DNA of 64,000 bases from Eledone cirrhosa (GCA_964016885.1 OZ024742.1:143902001-143966000); one strand, 5' to 3'. Counted from the first letter of the stretch, positions 1 through 14,072 are shown. The notes: a model not told the origin generated them from the sequence alone. Made by a program: numbers and translations.

Positions 1-118
1 ATATATATATATAACGAAGGAGTTGTGGTAAGGAACCAGATAGACCATAGCGAACCAGTAAACATTCTAATTTAGTCCAGAAATAGCCTAGCCGTTTTCA
101 TATATATATATATATTTC

Positions 119-190
<72 letters not shown>

Positions 191-194
<4 letters not shown>

Positions 195-286
195 AGATGA
201 AATCGAAAATGCAACTGGAGTCTTATTTTTAAAAAAAAATATATATATTTAAAAAAAAAGACTCCAGTTGCATTTTCGATTTCATC

Positions 287-291
<5 letters not shown>
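191..291. repeat. Stand-alone DNA palindrome (34-bp perfect arms) between two (TA)n tracts
   Basis: aaagagatgaaatcgaaaatgcaactggagtctt (191-224) is the reverse complement of 258-291; A/T-only spacer; (TA)n on both sides. Confidence 0.9.
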
Positions 292-356
<65 letters not shown>

Positions 357-953
357 TTTGTTTGTTAAAATAATCAAATTAAATTAATTCAACAGTTAAA
401 CACACATAGGAATAATGAGGTTGTTACCAAAGAGCCAGAAGATTGACAAGTCGACCCTAAATATGAGTAATAGCTCTAGGAAAGCCATGAATGACACCAG
501 AACTTTTAAACTTTGATTTTGAAAGTAGGTCTAATTTTTATTATGCTTTTGTTACTGTCTCGGCGGCCTAGTAAAAAAAAAAATGCCAACACAAGAGCAA
601 GAATGAGGGGCTCATTCTACTGACATAGCTTTAAAAAAGAGGCTGTTTGCATAATTGCAAACGAATCGAATATTATTAATATAAAAAAAAACTTAGATTA
701 CATTTATTGTATTAAGCCATGTAGAGCGATAATTCTTTTTTTTTAATATGGCAAAACCGACTATTAATCGCTCGTATACAGGAAACTGACAGGCCTGCCC
801 GCTGATATGCAAATCTGTCTGATCAGTGGATCTCTTAATATGCAGAACTGACTGAGCAGTAAGTCTGCTAATAGGCAAACCAGGCCAATCAGTTACTGTA
901 TATTTTAGAAAATATATATTTTCACTAGCTCTGACAGTTGGCAGGTACACAGT

Positions 954-1003
954 GAATTGCACCGATGAAGCGTAATACCCAGAAACTTTAGTGTTTGCAG
1001 TTC
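954..1003 (+). ncRNA. Degenerate type I hammerhead ribozyme motif
   Basis: Helix I gaattgca/tgcagttc (8 bp), core CCGATGA (U to C change), GAAA at 982-985, GTT at the cleavage triplet; helix II decayed. Confidence 0.5.
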
Positions 1004-1121
1004 TGTTTACATGCTAACACAAGAGTAAAGAATGAGGGACTCATTCTACTGACATGGCTTTAAAAAAGAGGCTGTTTGCATAATTGCAAACGAATCGAAT
1101 ATCATTATTAATATTTGAAAA

Positions 1122-1292
1122 TTATAGGGCGGTGAATTGGCAGTATGCTTTGACGCATAGAGTTACGGCCCTTGCTATTCTGAGTTCAAATCCCACCGAG
1201 GTTAACTTTGCCTTTCATTCTTACGGGGTCGATAAAATAAAGTACCAGTAATGCAGTGGGTAATTGCTGGCCTTGTGCCGAAAGTAGAAACA
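1122..1292 (+). mobile_element. tRNA-derived SINE, family A, with 18-bp TSD
   Basis: B-box-like gagttcaaatcc; conserved body gcctttcat..gggtcgataaaataaagtacc; TSD attattaatattYgaaaa at 1104-1121 and 1293-1310. Confidence 0.9.
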
Positions 1293-1389
1293 ATTATTAA
1301 TATTCGAAAAACTCAGATTACGTTTATTATATTCAGCCATGAAGAGCGATAATTTTTTAAAATCTATATATACAGTATATATATATATG

Positions 1390-1620
1390 AATAAAATTAG
1401 TCCTTCATCAGTGATCTTCCAACCTTCATTGGTATTTCTTCACTTTAAAGATACCTCTGGTTGGTGCGAGCAATAACTAAAGAAAGTTATTGGGACACGT
1501 AAATTAGGGAGAAGCGAGCGAGACATGTAAACAAACATAGATGGTAATGTAACGGAAAGAGAGGAAGAGAAGAGACAAGTCCGTGATATCTATGAACTTC
1601 AGGTATTTTGTAAAAGCTAA
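1390..1620 (-). mobile_element. PLE pLTR-like fragment, homologous to 23230-23450
   Basis: Reverse complement aligns with 23230-23450 (ggttggaagatcactgatgaaggac, ctcgcaccaacc, acgtgtccca); holds the CTGATGA half of a hammerhead; abuts (TA)n. Confidence 0.55.
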
Positions 1621-1744
1621 GCATTGGCTCCTAAAATACTACAGTGGGCCCTGCAATGTAACTGTGGGCTCCTGCAATGCTACCGTTGTCCCCCTGGGTC
1701 CCACTTTCCATTGGGCAACCTGGCAACCTGGCCACTCCACCACA

Positions 1745-1780
<36 letters not shown>

Positions 1781-1782
<2 letters not shown>

Positions 1783-1969
1783 CGAGGGAAAAGTGGTAAG
1801 GAACCAAGTGGACCATAACGCACCAAAGTACTCAATACTTAGGGTAGTAGAGTGGGTAATAGGAGTAAGTAAGACCCCGACGGCTGAGCTCAAGCCGTTT
1901 CGACGGCTAATTCTGTACTCAATTAGCCGTCGAAACGGCTTGAGCTCAGCCGTCGGGGTCTTACTTACT

Positions 1970-1971
<2 letters not shown>
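1781..1971 (-). mobile_element. Hairpin-capped (TA)n-inserted element, family P1 copy 1
   Basis: ~190-bp family seen six times; inverted repeat ~1862-1971 with loop ctgtactc; (TA)n on both sides. Confidence 0.9.
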
Positions 1972-2048
<77 letters not shown>

Positions 2049-2593
2049 GGGTGTGGTGGGGGAGGGAGGGAAGGGTAGTTAAAAGGTAAAAAAGGTAATG
2101 GTAGAAACGCACAGTGAGATAGATAGGTAAATAAATGGATGAATATGCGAAGAGAGAGAGAGAGGCGAGGTATCTAAAATAATGCTCAAAGCTTAAACAT
2201 AGATAATTTCAAACCGAGACACTTTCAAACCGGGATATATGGCAAGTCTGATAACAATTTTTAAATTTTTAATCACGACAGCCTTACCATTAATAGAACG
2301 TAGAAAAGAACTCAATTTAACTACCAAGATAATTTATTACTCTAGAAATCTTATAACACATCTAATAAATCAATCGAATTAGTTATTACACTATTAAATA
2401 ATTTTAGTCTTAAAATACATCTACTAGCAACTAATTGAAGGTTCCCTAAATTATGCGAAATGTTTGTAGATTCTTTTCTTTCTGAATGTAAAGAAAAATG
2501 AAATTACTTTCAACAGCGAAACAATTCCAACGTAAACAAGCTGACAAAATTTATAATAAATTATTTTCTGACAACATCAAGTCAGGATTCTAT

Positions 2594-2627
<34 letters not shown>

Positions 2628-2879
2628 CAGAGACCCCCCTACACACACACATACTTACATACACAGACACATACAGACAGATAGAAAAACAGGCACAAAC
2701 GCGCACACAGACAATGCACACACACACACACACAGAGTCGCACACACACACACACACACACACACAAACGCGCACGCACACGCACACACAGAGACCCCTC
2801 CCACACACACACACATACTTACATACACAGACACATACAGACAGATAGAAAAACAGGCACAAAAGCGCACACAGACAAT

Positions 2880-2929
<50 letters not shown>

Positions 2930-2975
2930 AGACAGGCACAGACACACAGACAGGCACAGACACAGACACACACAC
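2594..2975. repeat. (CA)n-rich compound microsatellite with internal ~180-bp duplication
   Basis: cagagacccc..catacttacatacacagacacatacagacagatagaaaaacaggcac occurs twice. Confidence 0.9.
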
Positions 2976-3228
2976 ATGATGGTTGGTTTATCTTGTCAGA
3001 TTATAGACTCCTCAACATCATCTCAATCATTCCTGCAAGTCTATACCACCCTCCCATATGCACGGAGGTGAATTTTCAATCCAGTAACTAAAACAAAAAC
3101 AAGACCAAGACCCCCAGCCACTCTAACATATAAAATCAGCACAGGGCAGGGGACGGGCGAATCGTGACTACTCCCGCCTATACTATATCTACTGAAATAT
3201 TGAAACTATAGAAATGGCAGTATTTCAT

Positions 3229-3403
3229 TTGGCAGTATCGGTAGAGGGTCGGACGGCATGCTTTCCAGTATAGTTACGTCCCTTTACGATCTGAGTTCAA
3301 ATCCCACCGAGGCTGACTTTGCCTTTCATCCTTACGGGGTCGATAAAATAAAGTACCAGTAATGCACTGGATAATTGCTGGCCTTGTGCCTAAAGTAGAA
3401 ACA
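3229..3403 (+). mobile_element. SINE family A
   Basis: ttggcagtatcggtag A-box-like head, gagttcaaatcc B-box, conserved body and tail. Confidence 0.9.
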
Positions 3404-4064
3404 AGTATTTCATTAATACAAATTCGCGTGATACCATAACAGTTGCAGCAATAGACTTAATATTTATATGGTGTTAAGAATTTAGAGTCGTGACTCACAT
3501 TGCTTAGACAGATAGAATGACTTATGCTGAGGTTGCAAAATAGAAGATATGGATTATAGTGACAAACCTTTGTACAAGACGATTACCACAGTCTATGTCT
3601 CGATAATTATTATTTGATGACAAGCCTAAACAAGATGACCAATGGTCACGTAAACCGCAGGCTTCACTCCAGAGTCTCCGTCACTTAGAAGTATGCCATA
3701 TCAACAGCTCAAGTCCTTCACATCTTGATTAATTTCTGAGTTCCCGCGCACAGATGGGTTGTCATGACTATGATTAAGGAGTCCCATTTTCCCGATTTTG
3801 AAATCTGAGTGGTCCTTCTCCTACACAAATTACCACATTAGGCTGACGAATTACGGCACCAGTAACTCGTCTTTGCCGTTTCTCTTTGTCAGTTCCAACG
3901 ATCTCCGCTGCAGGAAGGCCAGGAGCTGGGTTTCGGATGTCAAAGGTTATATGAGACACAAGCCCTTTGGGGCATTTTAATAGAGAGTAAACTCTCAGGC
4001 CTGTAATAAGAATTTTCTACCCTCTACTTTGAATAATGTTCTTATTGGTCTTGACTAAGTAATA

Positions 4065-4142
<78 letters not shown>

Positions 4143-4143
<1 letters not shown>

Positions 4144-5830
4144 TCACCAGCTTGTGGCTGTTGTGGCCAATGCAAGACAGGCAGGCATGATCGCAGTGGC
4201 TGCAGCTGAAGATCTGGTCATTGTTTGATGACTTGGTGTTGTTGTTCTTCCTCCTGTGCCTTTTTCCCTCGAGGGTGGTTCTGTGGGTGTTTTCGAAAGA
4301 GGAGACAGCATGGTTGGTGTTGAGATGCCAGACGTCATGGTTCTTAGCTAGGGTGGAACACCAGCGATTGTTGATGTGACATGCACCAAGGGATTTTTTC
4401 AAACAGTTACGTTGGCCAGAGGAGAGTTTGCCGTACAGCATGATCCTTGATAGGCTATGATCCCTCATCCTGGAGACGTGCCCTGCCCAGCGTAGTTGCG
4501 ACTTCAGCGACATGGCCTCGACGTTGATGACCTCTGCCGATTCAAGGACTTCAACATTGGTGACAAAGTCTCTCATTGGATATTGAGGACGAGGCAGAGG
4601 CAGCGCTGGTGGAAGCGCTTGAGGACTCGAAGGTGGTGGTGATAAGTGATCCGCGGCTCTGAGCCAGTGGTAGGGACTATGGTTCTTTACATTCTGTAAT
4701 CCGTCTTCAGGTGTTTATTGTTCTATACGCGTTTGCACAGACTGCCAAATGCACTATTCGCATTTGCCAGTCTGTTGCTGATTTCCCTGTTGATCTTGAT
4801 ATCTGATATGATGTTGCACCCCGGGTAGATGAACTGAGGGACTGTTTTCAGCTCAATTTCACCAATGGTGATATGAAGTGGTCGATACTCTTCCTGAAGT
4901 GCAGGCTAGTAGAGTACCTCCGTCTTCTTTAAGCTGACTTCCAGCTCATAAAACTGGGCAGCTTCTGCGAAGCAAGAAGAGATACGCTGCAATACTCTTT
5001 CTGTGTGGGAAACAAGAGCAGCATAGTCGACAAAGAGGAGGAATTGGATCAGTTGCTCTAGGGACTTCATGTGGGTCTGTAGTCGACGAAGATTAAACAG
5101 GCTGCCATCAAGACGGTATCTGATGTAGACTCTGTCCTCATTATCAAGATCTTCTGTGATCTGCTTGAGCAACATACTGAAGAGAATAGTGAAGAGAGTT
5201 ATTGCAAGGACGCAACACTACATCCTTCCATTGATGATAGGGAATGGCTCTGAGAAGTCACTGCTGAGTCTGACTTGGCGACGCTGGTCTTCATGTAGAT
5301 CGATGACCATGTTCAGGAATTTGGGGGACAGCCGAGCCGTTCCACGATCTGCCACATTTCTTTTTTGCTCACTGTATCGAATGATTTAGTCAAGTCAACG
5401 AACACTATGTACAACCCTTTATTTGCTCTCGACACTTATCTTGGAGCTGCCCAAGAACCAACACCATGTCTGTGGTACTCCTGTTGACTCTGAAGCCGCA
5501 CCGGCTCTCCGGAAGATGTTCTTCTGCGATTTATTAACATCCTTGCGAGGACTTTTGCCACGACAGTGAGTAGAAATGCAGCTTCCTTCATAGGACAAGA
5601 TTGCTGAGCTGAGTGAGCTGCTGGTTTTCCTGACCAATAGAGGGTTATCCGGTGCCTGACCAATAGGGGGTGTATCTCTGGAAAGCGGACTTCACTAAGA
5701 GCAGCGATGTCAACATTCAATCCTGATATCTCGTGTGCAATTAGAGCAGATCGACGTACTAGACGACTGCTGTTGACTGGGTCTACCATGGTTCTGATGT
5801 TTCAGCATGCGATTTTCAGTCATGTTTATC
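4143..5830 (-). mobile_element. RTE/BovB-like LINE, internally deleted and frameshifted
   Basis: APE start (NVDIAALSEVRF), RT segment (VYIRYRLDGSLFNLRRLQ..LLFVDYAAL), C-terminus LRWAGHVSRM..CSHCDHAC; 3' end abuts (CA)n. Confidence 0.9.
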
Positions 5831-7309
5831 ATGCATCAATCAACTAGTAGTTGTTCAATATGAGCCCCAACAGCATCGAACTCATCAGTCACAGAGAACC
5901 TAGAAAAGCTATAGATTTGACCATTTCCTTTCGTCTAAACTATTAAATAGAAAGAATAAAGAAGGAGCATGTCCTTTTGAAGAAAACAATGTTTATTATT
6001 GACTGAATTCATTTTGACGTATCTTGTTCAGCAGTTTCGTTGTTGTTGTCGCCATGATTATCTCTTTTGTTTTTAAGGTATAATATATCGAGGACTATAT
6101 TATATGGTTGGGTATAATTTGAGGGAGATTTGTCTACTATTTCTATCAGGTCAAGCTGCCACATATAATCTCTATCTCTAAATTTCTCCTAAATCATTGA
6201 TGCTGCAGAAAGCCCGAGATGAACATCAAGATTTGGATTCATTATATCTCGAAAATAGATTGAAGCTATTTCCTTTCTTTGTTCTTAAGTTTTCCTATCA
6301 GGTAAGATACACAAAGAATGCAACATTTCTGATGTCAACTAAATGTATTAACATTCGAAATTATGATGGAAAATAGAAATAGATTGCTATATTCAGTAAT
6401 ACTTCTCACTAAAAGCTAGTCGAAAAATGTGTATGTGGCATGATAGAAACCTTCGGGCTATGAGAAAACTAATAGACAAACTGCAAGCCACAGAGGCTGT
6501 CTCTAACCTCTGAAGTATTGTTAGTATGCTAGTCTGTTGCAGAACAATTTTCTCAAAGACGTGCACTGCACTGTATAATGAGGTAATAAAGAATTAACTA
6601 AAAGCCTGAACTACGCTAAAAACTGTAGGCATTATTTTAATTTCTTTCATTGATTGCCTGCAAAGGTCAACAACAAATATAGAGTAGGTCTTCAAAGTTA
6701 CAAGAAGACGATTAAAAACAATGTTATTGATCAACAATACAGCCTGCAAGGTTGCAATAACTATTCCTATTCTTACGATGGTATGGTGCAGGTAGAGGAA
6801 TACTACACTAAAATATTTTACATTATCTTTCTTTTTTATATCATATAATTTTCTTATTAATATGTGATGTTCAGCGATGGCTAGCCATGTTTATGATGCG
6901 GTTTCGATTCTCGTTAAGACCATTTTGTTTTCATTAGCAGCATAAACTAATAAGATATATAACCTATTTTTACAGTGTGGATATTAACCACAAAAAGAGT
7001 GCCACACGCTATGTGGGATCGCAAAGTTTAAAGAATTTACCGAAATAGCTTACGTAACCAAGTTACGATATCTGTTTCCTTCGTAAAGAAATCTTCCTAT
7101 CTTAACACGTTACATTTCTCTACATGACTATTCTTTCGTGAACTTAGTAAGTGATTGTGTTTTTAGATTCTGCAGAAACACTGATTCTTCCTTCCTCTTA
7201 CTGATATCAAGCAATCACTTTCTTCAGACTCACAAAAGAATTACGTACGCACAAAGAAATTATTGATTTTTTTTCTGAGACACAGTATTTATGTGCGTGC
7301 TTAAATGTG

Positions 7310-7756
7310 TGTGTGTATGTATGTATGTATGTATGTATGTATGTATGTATGTATGTATGTATGTATGTATGTATGTATGTATGTATGTGTGTATGTATGT
7401 ATGTATGTATGTATGTATGTATGTATGTATGTATGTCGGTATGTATGTATGTATGTATGTATGTATGTATGTATGTATGTGTGTATGTGTGTATGTATGT
7501 ATGTATGTATGTATGTATGTATGTATGTATGTATGTATGTATGTATGCACGGGCGTACGTACGTATGTATGTGTGAATGTGTGTATGTTAGTATGTGTTT
7601 GCATATGGATATATGCATATCTATGGATGTATGCATATGTATGTATATATGTATGTATGTATGCACGGGCGTACGTACGTATGTATGTGTGTGTGTGAAT
7701 GTGTGTATGTTAGTATGTGTTTGCATATGGATGTATGCATATATATGGATGTATGC

Positions 7757-7787
<31 letters not shown>

Positions 7788-7916
7788 TGTATGTATGTAT
7801 GTATGTATGTATGTATGTATGTATGTATGCACGGGCGTACGTACGTATGTATGTGTGAATGTGTGTATGTTAGTATGTGTTTGCATATGGATGTATGCAT
7901 ATCTATGGATGTATGC

Positions 7917-7947
<31 letters not shown>

Positions 7948-8174
7948 TGTATGTATGTATGTATGTATGTTTGTATGCACGGGCGTACGTACGTATGTAT
8001 GTGTGTGAATGTGTGTATGTTAGTATGTGTTTACATATGGATATATGCATATCTATGGATGTATGCATATGTATGTATGTATGTATGTATGTTTGTATGC
8101 ACGGGCGTACGTACGTATGTATGTGTGTGTGTGAATGTGTGTATGTTAGTATGTGTTTGCATATGGATGTATGC

Positions 8175-8209
<35 letters not shown>

Positions 8210-8410
8210 TGCACGGGCGTACGTACGTATGTATGGATGTGAATGTGTGTATGTTAGTATGTGTTTGCATATGGATGTATGCATATATATGGATGTATGC
8301 ATATATATATATGGATGTATTCATATGTATGTACGTATGTATGTATGTATGTATGTATGTATGTATGTATGTATGTATGTATGTATGTATGTATGTATGT
8401 ATGTATGTGT
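7310..8410. repeat. (TATG)n microsatellite with higher-order ~110-170-bp minisatellite units
   Basis: Marker gcacgggcgtacgtacg recurs six times (7547, 7662, 7829, 7977, 8099, 8211). Confidence 0.95.
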
Positions 8411-9719
8411 GTACGGTGTGTTCAACTATTGATTCTGTAGTAATAAAAGGCAAAAGTTGACACCTATAGGATTTAAAATCATTAAAGGTCGCTTGCAGCT
8501 AATGAGATCTAAAGTCAGTTACAGTCAATATCTTAAACCTGAGATCTTGCTATCATCATCTTCCTTGGCAGAACTACCGTTCTATGTTGCACCCTAACGC
8601 CAAACACGTACACACACACACACGTACATACACACACATATACATACATATTTACATGCTCACACACCCAAATAATTTCTTTTCCCGCCTTTAAGGGTCT
8701 TCACTCAATTTTACAGGAAGTCCGAGCATATACACACCATTTTATATATATATATATATATATATAATCGAAGCCTTATATAAAATCGATTAGCGGGAAA
8801 ATGACATATATCGATTACGGACTTCCTCTCATGTTCTTTGTTTTTATAAAAGTGTGAACATTTTTACCATTTTCAAAATTGAGAAACTCTCCAGTCAGCT
8901 CTAAATCAATAAAGCCAACATATACTTTAAACCCACTTACGACGAATCAACAAGGACACACCTATAATGACTGCCTCGTGGTCCCAGAGGAGCGAATGGT
9001 GAAAATGTGGCTCCCGTAGCATCCCGAGGGAGATGCGTTGAAATAACTATTTCAAAGTACGGCGTTCACTCCTGCCGGTGGCCAACTCCGCCTAACTTGC
9101 GGATAAATAAGAACTGTAAGAACCAAGCAAAATAAAGGAATAGTGAGAGAAATCGCAGAAAAATGGGTGGGATGAGAAAAAGACATACCAATTTGATGGT
9201 TATGTATAGTGGACTAATCAAATGCTTGATTAATTTAACAATTCGAAAGTAATCGTGCTAATAATGGTTTATCTAGATTATTTTTAAAAGGACAAACATA
9301 CCCGCATGCACACACACTACACCCCCCCCCCAAAAAAAAAGAAAAAACCTCCACAAATACACACATACATACGTACTTACATACATACATTCATACATGA
9401 TGATGGCTGCAATTCGATTTCGAACAATGCCATTCGCTCGACATTTAACCATGAGAATCACGGACGTAGCTTTTTAATCCTGCTAGGAACTTACTTATGA
9501 CCAGCAATGCCATGCATCGCAAAAAATGTCACGTATCAAGCGATGCCTGTGCTTGAAGCTTTTTTTTAAGTGAGGAAAGGCTTTGACGGGACCAATCCCA
9601 CTTTCTGAACATCGAATGCATTTGCCCAAAAAGAACTGCTCTACATCATTGGATGCAAATGAAGTCGCAGGTTTTATATCAGAGTGACCTTCTCCTAGAG
9701 AGATGTCTTAATGAACAGT

Positions 9720-9920
9720 AGGAGTCTTTATTGGATGGGCGTTGACTCTCCTGAGTTCTTCCGCCCATTGACGGGTTTTGTTTTTCATCCCACAAGGTGA
9801 CCAAAATCACCCTCCTCACCAAGCAAGCTTGGTGGGGTTGCCAGTTTAGTCACCGAAGACACGACCATGCACAAGTTGTCCTGGGTTACATGTTTCCAGT
9901 AGCGCTGAAGAGCGACCTGA
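9720..9920 (-). mobile_element. Probable RTE-clade LINE 5' UTR fragment
   Basis: GC-rich island gactaaactggcaaccccaccaagcttgcttggtgaggagggtg resembling RTE 5' UTRs; recognised by eye only. Confidence 0.35.
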
Positions 9921-10671
9921 CATACATACATACATACATAGATGCATGCTAGGAGTGTATATACATACAACAGGTGGTTGGGTCCTCCATCGATTACCTT
10001 TACATATAATTGCCTCCGCACATCAGGAGCCACAACCATCTGCAGATTCCATTAGTATTTCCATATATAAAACAGAGAATCTTTAACTTATAATGAAGTC
10101 ATAGGAGCTCTGTATTGACACACGGCATAAGCTAGTTATCTTCAAGATAGTGTGTTCGCACTAGTGTGTGTGTGTGTGTGTGTATACATATATATATAAT
10201 ATCTGTAACAAAAATAGCAATAAAATGTTGGGGTTTCCCTCATAATAGCAACATCAGAACCATTGCTTATTGATATTTCCTGATCCTGTTTGAACTTTTT
10301 AGTAGAAACAAAGAGATACATGACTGTAGGCAGGCAGATGAATGAGTCAGGAGTGCTAGAGAGAGAGAGAGAGAGAGAGAGTTGGACATCGAGGTAATGG
10401 CAAGAGAGAGAGACACATGATAGGAGGTTTGGTAAATAAATGAGATGCCTTCATAGTGGTAGTGGTAATAACAGTTGTGATGATGTTGATGATGACATTA
10501 AAGTGATCGTAGGAAAAAAGCAAAATAGAATATATGTAGGAATAGATACCAGAGTAGGAAGAGAAGTCAATTGCTTTCAACCAGTCAAATACATAACATA
10601 CATGTATTTAGTCAACAACACGCTATGATAATGGTTGCAGCTGTCGAGCTTAAGAGAACAAAGCAACAGAA

Positions 10672-10709
<38 letters not shown>

Positions 10710-10779
10710 TTACATTATATAGATATAACAGGTCATCCCTAAAGTCATATCATATTTCACTACAGTGTATGTTTAAATA

Positions 10780-11545
10780 GGAGTGCATTGAGGTGATTGC
10801 TAGAAACTTGCAGAATTCTCCCTTGAAACAACGCCTCTAAAAAATGTACGATATGCTAGACGATGTAGTCCATGATACATAAAAGGCAGGTCATGGCTAG
10901 AATGCCTTGGTCATAGGTTTGGAAGGTTTGTGCTGGATGAGAGCAAACATAGGGCTAAACAGCTGCTAGATCAGAGCCGATATAGGGCTAAACTGCAACT
11001 ACCGGTTAAATGAGGGAGTCTCGACGTAGTCGCTCAACCTGTTAGAAATAGCAGTCAAATATCCCAACCTGTGATCTTAGGGGAAAAATAAGGAAGGTTA
11101 CTGTAGACGATGTATAATATGGAGCCGTAACTCCTGATGAAGACATATGGCGTATCTTAAGGCATTTCTAAACCTGTCGGAGCCCATCGTCTCTCCAGGT
11201 CTGAACATAGCAGATTTCTTCAAGAGAAGAATAGGCAATGATTGAGAGAAGCGAGAAAAAGATATAAAGGAAGAACCGACACCAATACTAGACTGATACT
11301 TGTTTTTATGGACTCGAAAGAATGAAAGGCAAAGTTGGCATCGACGGGATTAGAACTCAGAGAGCCGGAACGAATACCACAAAGTATTCTATTCAACGTT
11401 CTAACGACTCTGTCAATTCGCCGCCTTATAGTAGACGATATAGCCTCCCTGATATAAAAAAAAAAAAAGACGTGATGGTTATAGCTAGAATGTCTTCGTT
11501 GCAGCTATGCTGGATCAGGTCTGAGCTGGGCCTGAACAACAACGA
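10780..11545 (+). repeat. Cluster of old interspersed-repeat fragments (family with core ctgctagaaatagcagccaaatctccctcaa and (CAA)n tail)
   Basis: Same motifs recur at ~6100-6170, 19255-19480, 19720-19960, 21215-21390 and 56570-56730. Confidence 0.6.
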
Positions 11546-12823
11546 ATGTTTAATAGAGAGAAATTTCTACACGATCAGTTGAGCGGTTAGGATGGGAGCA
11601 GTCTAATCTTAGAATATATACTAGAAGACTTCGAATAATGCTCGGAATACTTTTCATCTATGCCCATTCTGATCAATGTGGGCAGACATAGCGCGCTAGG
11701 CAAGAACACATACACACATATGATTCACACAAAGCGTTTTAAATGACTTTGCTCTTGTTTAAGTATGAATTTTCTTTTCTTTAGTGTTTCTTATGTAGTC
11801 TTATTATATCGTATATAGGAGAAACTATTTTCTTAAAACATATTGATGTTAGTCTTATGTTCTCTCGACCATCCACTCCTCGCTTCCATTATCATGGTTA
11901 TATCATATGTTAAATATATAAGCTTTTACAAACTTAATGTTTGTCATCTAAAATGTTAAAATCATATGAATTAAAAATGACGTTTTCAATCACTGTACCA
12001 CATATGACCCGTGGGTATGTCGCATGTTTTTGACGTTAGTCGGAAAATATCAGGATATTTAAAAAACTTGAGTGTTTTTAATACAGTGCACCTGTGTAAG
12101 TGTATTTCGTTGCTGTCAATTACAATCAATGCATCCATATTAAAGCCTCTGTTTAATAAATATAATAAAACCTTTTGCGTAGTATTCAGTGTGCCGTGGA
12201 TCGAAAAAATTGAAAATTGCTGAATCGGAAACTGTATTTTTTACTCATATAGCATATTTTGGAACTCTTGTTGGGTTTTATAATCATCCGTTTGCTTGTC
12301 GCTCTTGGGAATATAATACCTATTTTTCGTGGTGATGGGGGTCTAAAAATGCAATCTAGCCTCTTACCACAATCCGTTTGGAACTTACTGTATATACGCA
12401 AATATATGTCGACATCCTAGTTTATGTCCGAGAAATGGGCAAAAAATCAAACCACATTTATAAGCCGACCCCCCCCCCCCCCTCTCCCCATTTTACGATC
12501 AATTTTGTGGTCACATATTCCTCGGTCTCAACTGTTATTCGATTATATACGGTACATGTTGGCAAAGTGTCATTGTCTGTTAGAGAATGTTCATATAGTT
12601 TTAGAACTATCTTCAAGAACACGCGGCTGATAGCAAGACCGTAAGAGTTCAACGACAATCAAAATCACAAACTTCTTACTAATCACAAAAATAAATAAAA
12701 AAAATCAGCCATTGAAGGTCCAGATTCTGTTTTTATTTATTTAAATTTGGGCTTTCTTGATCAAAATTAATAATTAAGTTAATAGTTTTTTTTTTCTTTT
12801 CGCCATGAGTGTAATTTTAATTA

Positions 12824-12973
12824 CCGTATTTCCTCGAGGACGCACCCTAATTTTGACTACCAAAAAGTTGAAAAAAAAAACAACAATAAACAATCTTCGG
12901 CATCTAGGACGCATGGTAGATTTTTGTGACTTATTTTAGGAAAAAGTAGCGTCTTCGACGCCGGGAAATACGG
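12824..12973. mobile_element. Tc/mariner-superfamily (Tc2/pogo-like) MITE
   Basis: TIR CCGTATTTCC...GGAAATACGG with TA on both sides (12822-23, 12974-75). Confidence 0.85.
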
Positions 12974-13730
12974 TAGTTAAAATTATTTGACTCGCCATAT
13001 TAAATATGTTAGCATCCACAATATTAAAAAAGGATTTTAGGCTTGTGGTTTTGAAAACCATCTTAATTTGGACCTTTTTCTGATTAATTCCAGAAAGTGA
13101 AGCATAGCGCAAGTTCTAATGGTGTCTTTAAACCAGAAAGAAAGGCATTTCTTCCCCCAATGAGGGATATAGCTCAATGAACCATTGACTCTAATAAATT
13201 ACTGGTACTTCTTTTGTAGAGCCCAATAAAGAACAACTGAAAAATAAAATCTATCATGGCAAGATTTAACTTAATATGTCGAAAAACCAAACTAAATTAC
13301 GCAATTGAATGTTTAATTATCAGAAATGAGTTATTGTTAATAAGATTATAATTTTTCAGACTATTAACCCCATCTTAATGTGTTCATTCTTGCTTAATCA
13401 TAAATTTTCTGAAGCTCATTTATATCGTATTTAGCTGATTCTCTTTTCTCTCAACAAATATTGATATTAGTCTTGTGTTCTTTGTTTGAATTACTCCCTC
13501 CTCACCCTTCAATATTTTATATTACAATACATTAGCTACTCTCGCTGAGCTAAAACACCGCTCTTTGGACGGTTTTTCGCTAGTTATTATAATAAGGATT
13601 TATATATATTGCGACCGATAGATAGTATTAGCAATTGGAAAGACCAATGGAAACATTGTTTCCTTGGTTCGATTTGATGAAAGTCGATCGTTCCTATATA
13701 TATATATATGGTTATATATATATATATATA

Positions 13731-14072
<342 letters not shown>

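Larger units (their letters stand above)
585..1360 (+). mobile_element. Penelope-like pLTR-type direct repeat (period ~430 bp) containing a decayed hammerhead motif
   Basis: 585-745 recurs at 1013-1360 (second copy split by a SINE); hammerhead-like motif at 954-1003 inside the unit. Confidence 0.55.

Noticed and set aside
191-291. Palindromes as sequencing or assembly fold-back artefacts
   Set aside because: Many arms show a few mismatches, recur as a dispersed family with a fixed outer boundary and have consistent polarity. Not fully excluded for the perfect ones without raw reads.
1583-2112. Recurrent peptide [29 protein letters not shown] in several ORFs
   Set aside because: Translation of non-coding family P1; it appears on both strands because of the palindrome and runs into (TA)n.
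2200-2520. Possible decayed Penelope RT fragment
   Set aside because: Similarity too faint to support by eye.
7260-8460. Long ORFs (up to 375 aa) of MYVC/HTYI repeats, and similar YIYI, CVCV, poly-G/T/P ORFs elsewhere
   Set aside because: Translations of stop-free microsatellites; no coding signal.
9840-9920. HDV-like ribozyme in the putative RTE 5' UTR (minus)
   Set aside because: Only a partial P2 and CUAA-like element can be paired; P1 and P3 do not close convincingly.
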